Shown: positions 19,303 through 29,965 of the stretch, one piece after another
Layout of the letters: every line of letters starts with the position of its first letter
Position numbering within the stretch: position 1 is the first letter of the stretch
Assembly: GCA_965208835.1 (NCBI GenBank)
Contig: OZ242358.1
Location: 4,896,001-4,960,000 of the forward strand
Source of the DNA: Candidatus Latescibacterota bacterium
Lineage (GTDB): Bacteria > Latescibacterota > UBA2968 > GCA-2709665
Direction: 5' to 3'
Length of the DNA stretch: 64,000 nt
Made by a program: the position numbers and the translations under genes
The notes under the pieces: model-generated
Seen by the model: the letters and a program-made list of their open reading frames with translations, nothing else
What the model was told of the DNA's origin: nothing
Database searches by the model: none

Positions 19303-20769
19303 TTACTTGAGCAGCAGCATCTTCTGGGACAGCGTGGAGGTCCCTGCTTCCACCCTGGCAATATAGACGCCACTTGCAACGCCACGTCCCTGGTTATCCC
19401 TGGCGTCCCACTGGACCGAGTAGCGGCCGGCCGAGTTGAACTGAGAGATGAGCTGGCGCACCTGCTGGCCCAGCACGTCGTAAATCACGACCGAAACCGG
19501 AGCGGACTCGGGCAGTTCGTAGGAAATCGTGGTGCTCGGGTTGAACGGATTCGGATAGACGTTAACCGCGAACTCAGTGGGCAACGGCATCCGGGCGCCC
19601 AGAAGCACCTCGATCACGTTCGACTGCGAGACCGAGCCGTCCAGGTCCACCTGCTCGAGCCTGTAATAAACCTTGTCCACGCCAGGCAGGTTCTGGTCTT
19701 CAAAGCTGTAATTCATCAGGGCATCCGACGTTCCGGCGCCCTGAACGAAATTGCCGACCGACTCAAAGGTCTCACCGTCGACACTGCGCATGACCCGCCA
19801 GCCCGCGTTGTTCGTCTGCGAGACCGTGGACCAATTCAGCACCACACGGTCGGTCTGCATCGCGCCGTCGAAGGAGGCGAGTTCGGCCGGGTTCAACTGC
19901 GTGAACGTAAACTTCACGGCTTCCACCTCGTGTCCGTCAACCACGGCCTTCACCGTCACCACGAGGGATCCGCCGGTTACCTTCAGTACGATTTTGGTTG
20001 GCGCGTCCATCAACATCATCATATCGTCGAGCTCGAGCATCATGTCTTCTTCATCAAAGATGCTCAGCGTGCCTTCGCCTTCGTCTCGAATGTCCCAGGT
20101 TACGCTCGGCGTATCGGACATGACGTTCTCTAAGGCTACGGTCACTCGGACGCTTCCGCCTTCCTCGCCGGGAATCTGAAGCATATTCCCTGCCATCAAA
20201 TCGTCGCCCATGCCCATTATGCTGGGACCCGACGGCGCTGCGACGGTCACGACAGCGGCGGACACGTCCAGGGAATCTGCCGCCGCGCCCGCAAGTGCTA
20301 TAACGGCAGATTTCACATAGAAAGAAGCGCCCTCCGGGGCATCCGCGGCCCCAACGATCTTCACGGTGCCAAGATATCCGTTGGCGGGTATATCAGCCGA
20401 CGGCAACGCCGCCACCTGGACTCCGTGAGGCCCAACCTTCAATTCCAGAGGGAAAATGGTAGACGCGCCGACAATCCCCCAGGCTGCGTCGGGAATCATC
20501 ATTTCTCCAAGCGCCGCGCCAAATTCGGCGGAGAAACCCACCGCTTTCTTGCCGCCGCCGCCTTTCACAAACAATTCAACCTTCACCGTGTCACCGGCCA
20601 TGGCCATCGAAGGCGCCACGGTATTCTCACCTTCGTCATACTCCATATTGACCACGGTATCCACAACCAGCATCGAGTCCGTGAGGCTTGCTTCGACGCC
20701 TCCGGCCCCAACCGCAACGAGAAACGCCACGGCGACCGTAACGAAGCTAATCGGCTTAACTCTATGCAT
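19303..20769 (-). CDS. Secreted protein with C-terminal FlgD-Ig/T9SS-CTD-like domain
   Basis: Signal peptide; PAELASF...YYRLEQVDLDG; YPNPFNPSTTISYEL...SGVYIARV...KMLLLK. Confidence 0.8.
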   Translation of the reverse strand: MHRVKPISFVTVAVAFLVAVGAGGVEASLTDSMLVVDTVVNMEYDEGENTVAPSMAMAGDTVKVELFVKGGGGKKAVGFSAEFGAALGEMMIPDAAWGIVGASTIFPLELKVGPHGVQVAALPSADIPANGYLGTVKIVGAADAPEGASFYVKSAVIALAGAAADSLDVSAAVVTVAAPSGPSIMGMGDDLMAGNMLQIPGEEGGSVRVTVALENVMSDTPSVTWDIRDEGEGTLSIFDEEDMMLELDDMMMLMDAPTKIVLKVTGGSLVVTVKAVVDGHEVEAVKFTFTQLNPAELASFDGAMQTDRVVLNWSTVSQTNNAGWRVMRSVDGETFESVGNFVQGAGTSDALMNYSFEDQNLPGVDKVYYRLEQVDLDGSVSQSNVIEVLLGARMPLPTEFAVNVYPNPFNPSTTISYELPESAPVSVVIYDVLGQQVRQLISQFNSAGRYSVQWDARDNQGRGVASGVYIARVEAGTSTLSQKMLLLK

Positions 20770-20838
20770 CTCACTTCTCCTTCCCGGTGTGTGTGTTTCG
20801 GCTCCAGAATACATGCTCGCTCCAGAAGAAAAACCAAA

Positions 20839-20879
20839 GTATGGGAGGCCCCGTCAAGGAACCTCCCATACCCTTTTTT
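20839..20879. terminator. Intrinsic terminator after large surface-protein gene
   Basis: GTATGGGAGG...CCTCCCATAC hairpin with T-runs on both strands. Confidence 0.75.
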
Positions 20880-20883
20880 CTGA

Positions 20884-23800
20884 CTACTTGAGCAACATCA
20901 ACCGCTTGGCATCCTGGAACTTACCGGCAACCGAGACCTGATAGAAGTAAATTCCACTCGAAACCGATACTCCGCGGTCATCCATTCCGCTCCACTGCAC
21001 CGTGTAGCGGCCGGGCGCCTGGCGCTCACGCACCAGCGTGCGCACTTCCTGACCCAGCAGGTTGTAGATCCGAAGGACCACGTCCCCGCCTTCAGCCAGG
21101 TCGTACGGAATGTTGGTTTGCGGGTTGAACGGGTTCGGGAAGTTCTGATGCAGCGCGAATTCCGTCGGCGTGCTCTGCACTTCCAGCGCACCAAGCGTCA
21201 CCACCGGGTTCGACAGCCGCTCGGGATCGAACACCACGCCCTGAGCAATCTCGAACCGGGCGCTGTCCTCGAACTCCCTCAGAACCTTGAACGTGAACGT
21301 CACCAGCGCGCCTTCGCCGCCCACCGAGCCCGAACCGGTGATGGCGTTGACCACCGTCACCCGGCCTTCGTCAGCCCAGTTCTTGAACAGGGGCGTCTCG
21401 CCGCCTTCGGACTTCAGCAGGTCCTTCTCGGCAGCAACCGCGCTGACGAACTCGAACTTGTCAGCGTCATACATCAACTCCAGGCCGTAGCCGTTCAACG
21501 CTCTGGCGTTGGCCATCGATACCGTCACCGAGATCGTCTCGCCCACCAGCACCTTCTCGCTGGCCAGCTCGAGCGTCATCTCCGTATCGGCATTCACGCC
21601 GGGACGCTGCGGAACCACCGCCAGCTTCGACGCCGGCGCCGCTGCCGTCCGACCAAACGATGCTGACGCCTGGACGAAGTCCGTGAAGTCGACCGTTCCG
21701 TCGTCGTTCACGTCAGCCTGCACGTTGTAGTTATCATCGCCCTTCTGGCTGCCGAAGGCGGCCGCGAAAGCGATAATGTCTTCAAAGTTGACCTCAAGGT
21801 CGCCGACAGGCGGAAGCACCATCAGATAAACCGCCTCGCCTTCGGCGTCCACGAACTTCGCACGGTTCGCGATGTTATACACCGTGATCGCCTCACCCGC
21901 CGCGTCGTTGTTGTCGTCGAACGCGTCGATACGGTAGGTAAGTGTGAAGGCGCCGTCCGGAAGGTTCGCGTCAACGAACTCCGTTGAACCCACGTCAACC
22001 GTGCCGATAGTCTCAAGGGCTTCATCTCCCAACGTGCCTCGCAGCACCTTGTAGCCCTTCACGCCGTAGATCGGCACGCTATGCCCGCGGTACGGAATCG
22101 CGTCGACAATTCTTCCGTCATCGGCCGAAACCGTCCAGGACAACGTCACCTGCGCACCATCGGCGCCGCTGCCCAGCGCACCGCCAGCGTCCGTTGCGGC
22201 GGCGGGAGCGATGTCGTCGATCGCGGCGACAGGCTTCTCCGTGGCCGTACGCTCGGACGCCATCTTCGGGTGCCCGCTCGTACGGATGTTCGACGGAACC
22301 GAACCGTTGCCCAGCAGTACGCTCACGTCCGGATTCACCGGCGCGAAGACCAGGTTCTTCTGATCACCGAGGATCGATGCCACGTAATCCTCAGGCGCGT
22401 TGAACTGGTTCACCAACTCGTCGTCCGTCAGAAGGTCGGCCTCAGGCATACCCAGCAACTCGAGGGTCTGCTGCACGCTCTCCTTCGTGAACACACGCTT
22501 CCCGGTAGCAGGCGTCTGGTCCGAAGAACCTCCGACGCCAATCGCCGCCACCGCCCAGTTGGTGGGCTCGTTGTCCAGCGCAGGGATCACCGCGCGCTGG
22601 ATGTCCGCATTCGGATCCTCAGACGTCAGTTTCGCCCACGGCACCCACGCCATCATGGCCTCGTCCAGCTCGACCAGGTTGCCGAGAGAATCAGGACCTG
22701 TGGTTACCGACATCTCCCTGAAGATCTGATAATTGTCCACCGTGGCGTGATCGGCCGAGTTCGGGAAGCTAACCATCACCATCCCGCCCTGGTCGCCATC
22801 ACCACTGGGACCCTTGTAATCCTGCACGATCAACGACGCAGGCGCACCAGGCGCGCCAGGCGCCGGCGGCGGAGGCTCGGTACCGAAGCTCAACGTATCC
22901 GTTCCTGCACCAGCCGGATCGCTACTGAATACCCGGATCACGACGTCACCCGATGCGTCCGCTGCGACACCCTGGAAGGTGTTCGCGCCTTCAACGATCT
23001 CCTGCCTTCCGGGAGGCACCGAAACCTGCGGGTTACTGGACGAAATCTCGATTGCGATGGTCTGATGTTTGTCGTCCTCGTCGTCCGTATCCTCGTCGAG
23101 CGTGGCGCCGATCTTCATGCTCGGGTTGCCGAACTCGTCTGTCGCTGTCACCGAGATCTGGAACTCGCCGATGACATTGTCAGTCGCCTCGCCGTCCTCC
23201 ATCGCCTGGACGGTGAACTGCGAGAACGCCCCGGAGTCGAAAGTGAACGGTCCCAGAGTCGTACTGAAACTGACGTTGCCCTGGTCGTCCAGGCCTTCCA
23301 CAACGACCATCACACCGGTCAGCGTCAACTCTGACGAGATGCTCACGCTACGCCCACCCGCTTCCCAGTTATCGGGGTTAAGCGTGGCGATACCCATCCC
23401 GGTATCTGCGGGGGCGATCTCAACGCCGTCTCCGGAGAACGAAACGCTCTCCAGCCGGTCAGCCTGGTCTTCCGGGACTTCAACGCGCACACGCGACTTC
23501 TCGTCACCCTGTCCATACGTGACTCCAGCGACGTCGGCGCCCTCCGCGGCGGTCATCGCCGAATCGAGCGCAGTCAGAGCCAATACCAGGTCCGCGCCGG
23601 TAATCACCGATTCGACGTCATCCGCATCCACCATAAACGAGTCGGCAGTCGGGTTGTCGAAATCCTCGTCGAACCTCAACTCTGTGGTGACTGTAGCGCT
23701 GCCGTTACCCGCCATGTCGAACGCAATGAGCTGCAGGTAATAATCACGGCCGTCATCGAGCTCATCGTTATCTTCGCTCGCAAAGTCGATGGCTACTTTG

Positions 23801-25587
23801 ACACGTCCCGCATTGAGCTCATCTTTCGCGCCCCCGAAACTGGCGTGGGCTTGTTCCACGGGTACCGCGTCCTTTTTAATGTACTGCACGAACAACGAGT
23901 CCAGATCCTCGCTGTTGGTGAATATTACCGGCGAATCCGTGGCCGGCGTTATCGTCGCGGGGTTACCCGGCGCGGTGTCCTCCGACGGGAACAGATTCGT
24001 GATCGCCGGCGCGGTGTTGTCGTAGGTGATACCCGCATTCTCAACGTCCGCACTGTTCCCTACGACGTCCCAGGCCGTCACGACCAGCTTTCCGGAGCCG
24101 GCGTCATCGCCGTCTTCGTCCTTCCAGTCGGGCAATTCCAATTGGAACTCGTCCGTAACGTCATCCGGAAGGTCGCTGGCGGAAAACGTCTCTGAGAAAT
24201 CATCGCCGTGCGAGACCTTGATCGAGTCAACAGCCTCGCTGATTTCCAACGTCAACGGCCTTAACAGACTCGATTTATTATTCGGACCCCGCGTCCCGTC
24301 GCTGTCGGAATAATAAGTCAGAGACTGTGCTGTTTTAGCCGACACATACGTGGAATCCGTCGCACCCGACTTTGGATACGCCACCGTGACCTCCGGCAGC
24401 GTCGTGTCGATCTGGAACAGGTTTACGTACGTCGGATCCTGGTTAGCCGTGTCGTCGTCATTATCAACAGCAGTGGTAGCGTCGTCATCGTCATCGTCAA
24501 ATGCGGGACCATGAGGACCGGCATGACCCGACGAAGCGGCGTCATTAGCGGCCGCACCGCCCAGGTTGCCCGCTTCGTCCTCCAGGAACGCGAAGGCCCT
24601 CACCCGCTGCCCGTCGCCGAAGTCATCCCCTGAGGTATCGAGCGTCTTTCGGAGAGGCTGCTTGGCGTGAAGATCGGTAAAATCGACGACCGCGAGCGCC
24701 GAATCTATCAGTCCCGCCGTGGCGCCCGTCACCAGAACCGGCAACACGGGATCGCCGAGCAAAAATGTCTCCTTCACAAAAATGACCGTAGCCTTGGCGG
24801 CGCCAGACTCGATCACCTGGCCCTGGTCGAGGTTGAGACTGACAATGACCTCCTGATCCTTCTTTATCTCCGTGAGGTCGTCGGTTAACGTGAGACCAGT
24901 ACCGTCGATATCCGTAGCCGTACCGGTACTTACCACGGCGCCGTTGATCCTGTCTCCTTCGCCGTCTTCCAGAATAAACATGTTGTTGCCGAACGCAGTG
25001 CCATGTACCGGACGCTTGTTGTCGTACCCAAACGTCTTCCCGTCACCAACCACGGTTGTGGGAAAACCGGTGGCGCCGGGGAGGATCTGTTCGTCTTCGG
25101 TCAGGTTGGATATCGTCCCTGCCGCGGTTCCGCCTCCAACTACTTCGACCTCGACGAACAAACCGTTTCTCTGAAGCTCGGTGCCGTCGGCATTAACAGC
25201 GAAGTAAAATCTGACTATGGTGGCGCCGTTATCGCCCTCGTCAAGTTCGACGGTACTGCCATCGGTACGGTCTTCGTCCTGGGTGGTCAGTGCAGTATTG
25301 GACAAAGATAAAGCAGTTGCACCATCCGCCAATACATCATCAGCTGCCTCACCGTCATCGTCACCGTCCGGCGCCTTAATTGTAACAGTAAGTGCGGTAG
25401 CAGAACTAACGGTGTGCACCGCGACAACTACCGTATCGCCAATTGCGGACCAGGCACCGTCGGCCGGTCTCTCAATGCGGACCCAGGTGCCCCGGGCATC
25501 GGAAACGTCCGCTGCCGATGAAACGCCGGCAAGGGCAAAAATGAACAGAAACGCAAACCCGCAACTCAACAGCCGTTTTGCCTGCAT
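20884..25587 (-). CDS. Large acidic secreted surface protein: Ig-like repeats, dockerin-like, cohesin-like, FlgD-Ig CTD
   Basis: Signal peptide MQAKRLL; DVNDDGTVDFTDF; LMYDADKFEFVSA; NFPNPFNPQT...RLMLLK. Confidence 0.82.
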   Translation of the reverse strand: MQAKRLLSCGFAFLFIFALAGVSSAADVSDARGTWVRIERPADGAWSAIGDTVVVAVHTVSSATALTVTIKAPDGDDDGEAADDVLADGATALSLSNTALTTQDEDRTDGSTVELDEGDNGATIVRFYFAVNADGTELQRNGLFVEVEVVGGGTAAGTISNLTEDEQILPGATGFPTTVVGDGKTFGYDNKRPVHGTAFGNNMFILEDGEGDRINGAVVSTGTATDIDGTGLTLTDDLTEIKKDQEVIVSLNLDQGQVIESGAAKATVIFVKETFLLGDPVLPVLVTGATAGLIDSALAVVDFTDLHAKQPLRKTLDTSGDDFGDGQRVRAFAFLEDEAGNLGGAAANDAASSGHAGPHGPAFDDDDDDATTAVDNDDDTANQDPTYVNLFQIDTTLPEVTVAYPKSGATDSTYVSAKTAQSLTYYSDSDGTRGPNNKSSLLRPLTLEISEAVDSIKVSHGDDFSETFSASDLPDDVTDEFQLELPDWKDEDGDDAGSGKLVVTAWDVVGNSADVENAGITYDNTAPAITNLFPSEDTAPGNPATITPATDSPVIFTNSEDLDSLFVQYIKKDAVPVEQAHASFGGAKDELNAGRVKVAIDFASEDNDELDDGRDYYLQLIAFDMAGNGSATVTTELRFDEDFDNPTADSFMVDADDVESVITGADLVLALTALDSAMTAAEGADVAGVTYGQGDEKSRVRVEVPEDQADRLESVSFSGDGVEIAPADTGMGIATLNPDNWEAGGRSVSISSELTLTGVMVVVEGLDDQGNVSFSTTLGPFTFDSGAFSQFTVQAMEDGEATDNVIGEFQISVTATDEFGNPSMKIGATLDEDTDDEDDKHQTIAIEISSSNPQVSVPPGRQEIVEGANTFQGVAADASGDVVIRVFSSDPAGAGTDTLSFGTEPPPPAPGAPGAPASLIVQDYKGPSGDGDQGGMVMVSFPNSADHATVDNYQIFREMSVTTGPDSLGNLVELDEAMMAWVPWAKLTSEDPNADIQRAVIPALDNEPTNWAVAAIGVGGSSDQTPATGKRVFTKESVQQTLELLGMPEADLLTDDELVNQFNAPEDYVASILGDQKNLVFAPVNPDVSVLLGNGSVPSNIRTSGHPKMASERTATEKPVAAIDDIAPAAATDAGGALGSGADGAQVTLSWTVSADDGRIVDAIPYRGHSVPIYGVKGYKVLRGTLGDEALETIGTVDVGSTEFVDANLPDGAFTLTYRIDAFDDNNDAAGEAITVYNIANRAKFVDAEGEAVYLMVLPPVGDLEVNFEDIIAFAAAFGSQKGDDNYNVQADVNDDGTVDFTDFVQASASFGRTAAAPASKLAVVPQRPGVNADTEMTLELASEKVLVGETISVTVSMANARALNGYGLELMYDADKFEFVSAVAAEKDLLKSEGGETPLFKNWADEGRVTVVNAITGSGSVGGEGALVTFTFKVLREFEDSARFEIAQGVVFDPERLSNPVVTLGALEVQSTPTEFALHQNFPNPFNPQTNIPYDLAEGGDVVLRIYNLLGQEVRTLVRERQAPGRYTVQWSGMDDRGVSVSSGIYFYQVSVAGKFQDAKRLMLLK

Positions 25588-25969
25588 CTCAACCTCCCTG
25601 AAAAAAAGACCACTGGGAAACTTCCTCACAACCTCTACTCCTTTTGAATCTTCCGAATCTTGCTTCAACCGTCCGGAATGGCGGTTATCCATTGAATCCT
25701 GATGCGCAGCGGCGATAGGGCGCCTCCCTTCTCTTGATGCTGCGATACCTGCCTTGAAACGTTAGGGTGAATGGTGATTGTGGGTGTACTGATGAGCGAC
25801 AACTGATTAACATCGCATTTTCGTGTGCACCTCCTTGTTTATATATACAAAAGCGAAAACGCGACCAACTTTCGCCACATCTGAACACCACAACGTTGGC
25901 GCAATATTCCGCATATCTTCAGTCATTCCGGGCAAATTCGTCCACCTATGTGTAGCGAAAAGCAACCTA

Positions 25970-25998
25970 ATTATACGCAAGGCAAAAACGGCTGTCAA
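25970..25998 (-). promoter_or_regulatory. Perfect consensus sigma70 promoter TTGACA-17-TATAAT
   Basis: TGTCAA at 25993-25998 and ATTATA at 25970-25975 on + strand; AT-rich flank. Confidence 0.8.
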
Positions 25999-26136
25999 GT
26001 ATTTTTTTGTGATTATTTGTCCGCCGGGAGCAAAAACGCCGAAGCACCGTAAAACACTGTAAATAAAACCTCAAACGCACCCCCATGCAAGCACAATATG
26101 CAGGGGTCTGTTTATTGCATACCCCAATACGCTGTT

Positions 26137-26700
26137 TTAACGCATCTGATGCTCGAGGCGCTGGATTTCGTCGCGCAGGCTGGCTGCCTCTTCATACTGT
26201 TCGCGGGCCACGGCTTCCCGAAGTTCCGCCCTGAGGGCCGTCAAACGGTCTGAAATTCCGCCCTCTACCCCTTCGACCTCAATATCTATGGACGAACTGA
26301 TGGGCATCCCGGCCTCCTGGATGACCCGGTCTTCCACGAAAACCGGGGCGCCGGTGCGGAGGGCCAGGGCGAGCGCGTCGCTGGGCCGGGAGTCCACGCC
26401 GATGGTTTTACCGTCGGCATCCAGGCTGACCTCGGCGAAGAAGACGTCTTCCTTCAGCGCGTTGATGAGCACCCGCGTGACTTTGACGTCCATCTCGTTC
26501 AATATGGACCGAAGCAGCTCGCAGGTGGGCGGACGGGGCGGTTCTTCGTCGTAAAGCGCCATATGGATGGCCGTTGCTTCGAAACTGCCGATGGTGATGG
26601 GGAGGAAAATCCGCTGCTCCATGTCCTTCAGCCAGACAAGCGGACGGTTGGTGTTGGGTTCCACCGCCACGCCGACCACGTTCATTTCGACCATTGGCAC
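26137..26700 (-). CDS. Bifunctional nuclease (DUF151) with C-terminal UvrB/UvrC coiled-coil motif
   Basis: LPITIGSFEA, RPPTCELL, DSRPSDALALA; EQYEEAASLRDEI. Confidence 0.9.
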   Translation of the reverse strand: MPMVEMNVVGVAVEPNTNRPLVWLKDMEQRIFLPITIGSFEATAIHMALYDEEPPRPPTCELLRSILNEMDVKVTRVLINALKEDVFFAEVSLDADGKTIGVDSRPSDALALALRTGAPVFVEDRVIQEAGMPISSSIDIEVEGVEGGISDRLTALRAELREAVAREQYEEAASLRDEIQRLEHQMR

Positions 26701-26709
26701 CCTCAGAAG

Positions 26710-27050
26710 GAGCTATCAGCCGTCAGCTATCAGCTAAAGGCAAAAACGAAAGGCAAAAACCGAATCAGGTGACGTCAACGCCGTGACGTTGGCAACCGCG
26801 AAAGGCAAGGCCCTCATCCCGCGACGGAGCCGTCAGCTATCAGCTAAAGACGAAATGCAAAGTCAGGAGCAAGATCAAAGACAACTCAGACGAAGACCGC
26901 CTCACACAAAGACACAAAGGCACTAAGACACAAAGAAAAGCAGAACCTCTCAAAGGCAGCTATCAGCTAAAGGCAAAAACCGAATCAGGTGACGTCAACA
27001 CCTTGACGTTGGCGAACGCGAGCGGCAAGGACCTCACCCGGAAAGTGAGG
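26710..27050 (+). repeat. A-rich region with AGCTATC/AGCCGTC heptamers and a duplicated ~85-bp unit
   Basis: AAAGGCAAAAACCGAATCAGGTGACGTCAAC at ~26749 and ~26969. Confidence 0.75.
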
Positions 27051-27122
27051 GGGTGAAGGCAGCGATCGGTTTTTCGGAAAATGCACTTAAATATATGACG
27101 AAGTGCGGAGGAAAATCAAGGG

Positions 27123-27520
27123 AAAAAAAGCGGGGAGAGGGTAGAGTACCGCACCACAGCCCACCACCTGGTGAGACGTAAGCCGGGAGAGGTTAGAGAT
27201 GTCCTGCCTCGTGAGGATTCTTTTCGTGCCGAAGGCAAGAAGGAGTGACCTGCCGGGCAAGGGCTTCTTCTACCGTCTACCCTCTTCCCTCTCACCGCCT
27301 TTATCCGACCTCTCTCCCCGGCCCCCCAAAAAACGGGTAGACGTAAGCCGGGAGAGGGTAGAAAACCACACCCCGCCCCACCACCTGGTGAGACGCAAAA
27401 CGTGAGACGGGAGAGATTTCCAGCCCTGTAAGGATTCTTCTCGTGCCGGATGCAAGAAGGAAAAATAGGTGGGGCAAAGATATCTTCTACCGTCTACCCT
27501 CTTCCCTCTCACCGCCTTTA
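27123..27520 (+). repeat. Two tandem heptamer-armed hairpin elements, copies F and G
   Basis: Cores at ~27196-27275 and ~27413-27490. Confidence 0.85.
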
Positions 27521-27961
27521 TCCGACCTCTCTCCCCGGCCCTCTCTCCTGTGAGGAGAGGGGGTGGAAATTCAATGGGTGGTCCACGATACCATCCGGCC
27601 GGTTTTTCTCGTACGAAACGCCGCCAGCCAATCCGGCCGTTCAGAGTCCCCTCTTCCTTCCTGTCTGAATAACACCAGAATTGGTAGTTTCCCAACGAAA
27701 CGCATTGTATTATCGTTATCCAAAGAGCCTTGCCACAACGAACCGGGCGGAAGCTGACGGGGAAGTCCGGGGTGTGTCTGTCCCGCGTCTCTATCGCAAG
27801 CCGGTAGAAGCAGGCTTCAACCCGGAAACACGATGTTGCCGGCAGTCGCTACAGAATCGCCCCGGTCGCGCCACACCCGTCAATAACACGATTCCCTTTC
27901 GCTTCTTGAGTCACCCGGAAGCTGTTCCTCCTACCTGAAGCTGCCATCCCCGGCATTACAT

Positions 27962-29707
27962 ATGGATCATGCCAGGAGACAGCCTTTGTCAAAGCGCAAT
28001 GAATCTCAAGGGCACAGGCGCGGCACCCACCCAAGTCGAGACAGGCGCAACCGGTCGCTGCCCTGGTCAATACGTCTGCGCTCGACGCTGGACGGCTTGT
28101 CCGACCGTCTGCTACATCTCCAATCGCCCGACGAACGTCCGTGGAAGTTTACGCTGCCGGTGCTCGCTCTGGCCTTTGTCGCACGGGCGGCCATTGCCCT
28201 CTCCGGCGACTTCGTCCTGCACCCCGACGAGGTCATGCAGTACCTCGAGCCTGCGCATCGCCTGGTCTTCGGCAACGGCGTAACCTATTGGGAGTACTTC
28301 TACGGCGCGCGCTCGTGGCTTGTGTCCGGGTTGGTCGCGTGTGTCCTGAAGCTGTTCGACGTCGGCGGTTTCGGTCAGCCATCCTGGTACGTCGGCGGTG
28401 TCAAGCTCCTGTTTTGCGCGATCTCCCTGCTCATCCCGGCGGGCATGTATTTTTTCGCCCGGCGGCACTTTGGCGAGATCCCGGCGCGGATCGCGTTGAT
28501 AATGGGTGCTTTCTGGTACGAGCTTGCAGGCTTTGCCCATAAGCCAATGACCGAGTTCGTCGCCACAGCCCTGCTGGTATCCTTGCTCGCACTCTGTGTG
28601 CGGCCAGCGTCGGATAAACTTCGGCTGGGACTGACGGCGGCTCTGCTGGCCGTATTGGTGGCGGCGACCAGAGTGCAGTATGCCCCGTTGGCCCTGCTGG
28701 TCCTCGGTCTGTTCTTTTTGCGCACCCGGAAGAAGATACAGCTGGTGGCCGCCGCGGCCGCGACGCTTGTCGGCGTGGGAATATTCGACGCGATTACATG
28801 GGATAGCGGGCTGTTTCATTCCTACATTTCCAATATCCGCCTTAACCTTGCCCTTGGCGCCCTGCGCGCCGGCGAAAGCCCGGCATGGCAGTTCCTCTAT
28901 TGGCTCACGATCGCAAGTATGGGGCTGGCGGCACTGTGCGTCCTGGCGGCACTGCGCGACGTACGGCGTTACGGACTCCTGTTGTGTCTCATCACTCTGA
29001 CGCTCCTGTTTCATTCTACACAGACCCACAAGGAGTATCGTTTTATCTTTGTCGTGACTCCGCTCTGGCTGATGATCGGCGCGGATGTCGGGGTATGGCT
29101 CGCGTCGCGAGCCAGCCAGGGCAGATTGCGCAAAGCCTCAAGACCGATTTCCCTCGCGCTTGCGACGTCCCTGACTGCGATTTCCCTGGCCGGCATCCTG
29201 AACGCGCTCCCGTACCAGGCCAGAGTGTATCGGGGCTATTCAAATGAGACCGGAATCGTCGGCTTTCTGCGCAATCAGGATCCGATTTTCGCTGCGTTCC
29301 GGTATCTCTCAGGCGCGACCGGAGTCTCCGGCGTATGGCTGGTCGACCGCCCCTACTACCAATCCCCCGGCTATTACTATCTGCATCGCGCGATACCGTT
29401 CTACGACGCCATTACCGGGCGCCTCGTCTACGCGGATCCGGAACGGATCGAGGTGAAAGAGATCGAAGCCTCGGTCAGCCACATTGTGTCGGCAGACCCG
29501 GCCACTTACATTTCCGGCTACTCTGTAGAAAGAACATTCGACAACATCCGCGTGCTGCGTCGCAATACAAACCAGCCGACCGTACGCACCTGGCGGGAGT
29601 ATGCCCCGACAATTACCGGCGGCACGTTTACCAGGCTGATGCGAGAACTCTACCCTGACGCTCCCGTTCCTCCGCCCAATTGGGGTATCCGCTTTACCGA
29701 TCCCTGA
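27962..29707 (+). CDS. GT22 (PIG-B/Alg9-like) polytopic mannosyltransferase; start uncertain
   Basis: HPDEVMQYLEPAHRLVFGNG..YWEY..GARSW and HKEYRFI motifs; many TM segments. Confidence 0.8.
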   Translation: MDHARRQPLSKRNESQGHRRGTHPSRDRRNRSLPWSIRLRSTLDGLSDRLLHLQSPDERPWKFTLPVLALAFVARAAIALSGDFVLHPDEVMQYLEPAHRLVFGNGVTYWEYFYGARSWLVSGLVACVLKLFDVGGFGQPSWYVGGVKLLFCAISLLIPAGMYFFARRHFGEIPARIALIMGAFWYELAGFAHKPMTEFVATALLVSLLALCVRPASDKLRLGLTAALLAVLVAATRVQYAPLALLVLGLFFLRTRKKIQLVAAAAATLVGVGIFDAITWDSGLFHSYISNIRLNLALGALRAGESPAWQFLYWLTIASMGLAALCVLAALRDVRRYGLLLCLITLTLLFHSTQTHKEYRFIFVVTPLWLMIGADVGVWLASRASQGRLRKASRPISLALATSLTAISLAGILNALPYQARVYRGYSNETGIVGFLRNQDPIFAAFRYLSGATGVSGVWLVDRPYYQSPGYYYLHRAIPFYDAITGRLVYADPERIEVKEIEASVSHIVSADPATYISGYSVERTFDNIRVLRRNTNQPTVRTWREYAPTITGGTFTRLMRELYPDAPVPPPNWGIRFTDP

Positions 29708-29782
29708 TATGTCAACGCTTCTGACACGTAAAGGGAGTACGATGCCCGCGACTGCTCCTTCTAACCCGTCTCCATCCCAAAC

Positions 29783-29817
29783 CAAAAAAGCCGCCGGTTC
29801 GAGGTCCGGCGGCTTTC
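29783..29817. terminator. Intrinsic terminator-like hairpin
   Basis: AAAGCCGCCGG-TTCGAGGT-CCGGCGGCTTT. Confidence 0.7.
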
Positions 29818-29869
29818 CTGTTATACACTGTACCTGTGAGTAAATAAACCCTCTGTGACCGAAGTCACC

Positions 29870-29965
29870 GACCAATCCGACCGAGTGGCAGTAGAAGTCA
29901 ACAATAAAGCCATCGATGATCTGTTGTCGTCGGAAGTGAATCCCATCAAGCCTATTCGCTTTTAG
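29870..29965 (-). pseudogene. Fragment of DUF559 (Vsr-like) endonuclease
   Basis: Minus strand reads LKANRLDGIHFRRQQIIDGFIVDFYCHSVGLV, with no start and no C-terminal half. Confidence 0.75.
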
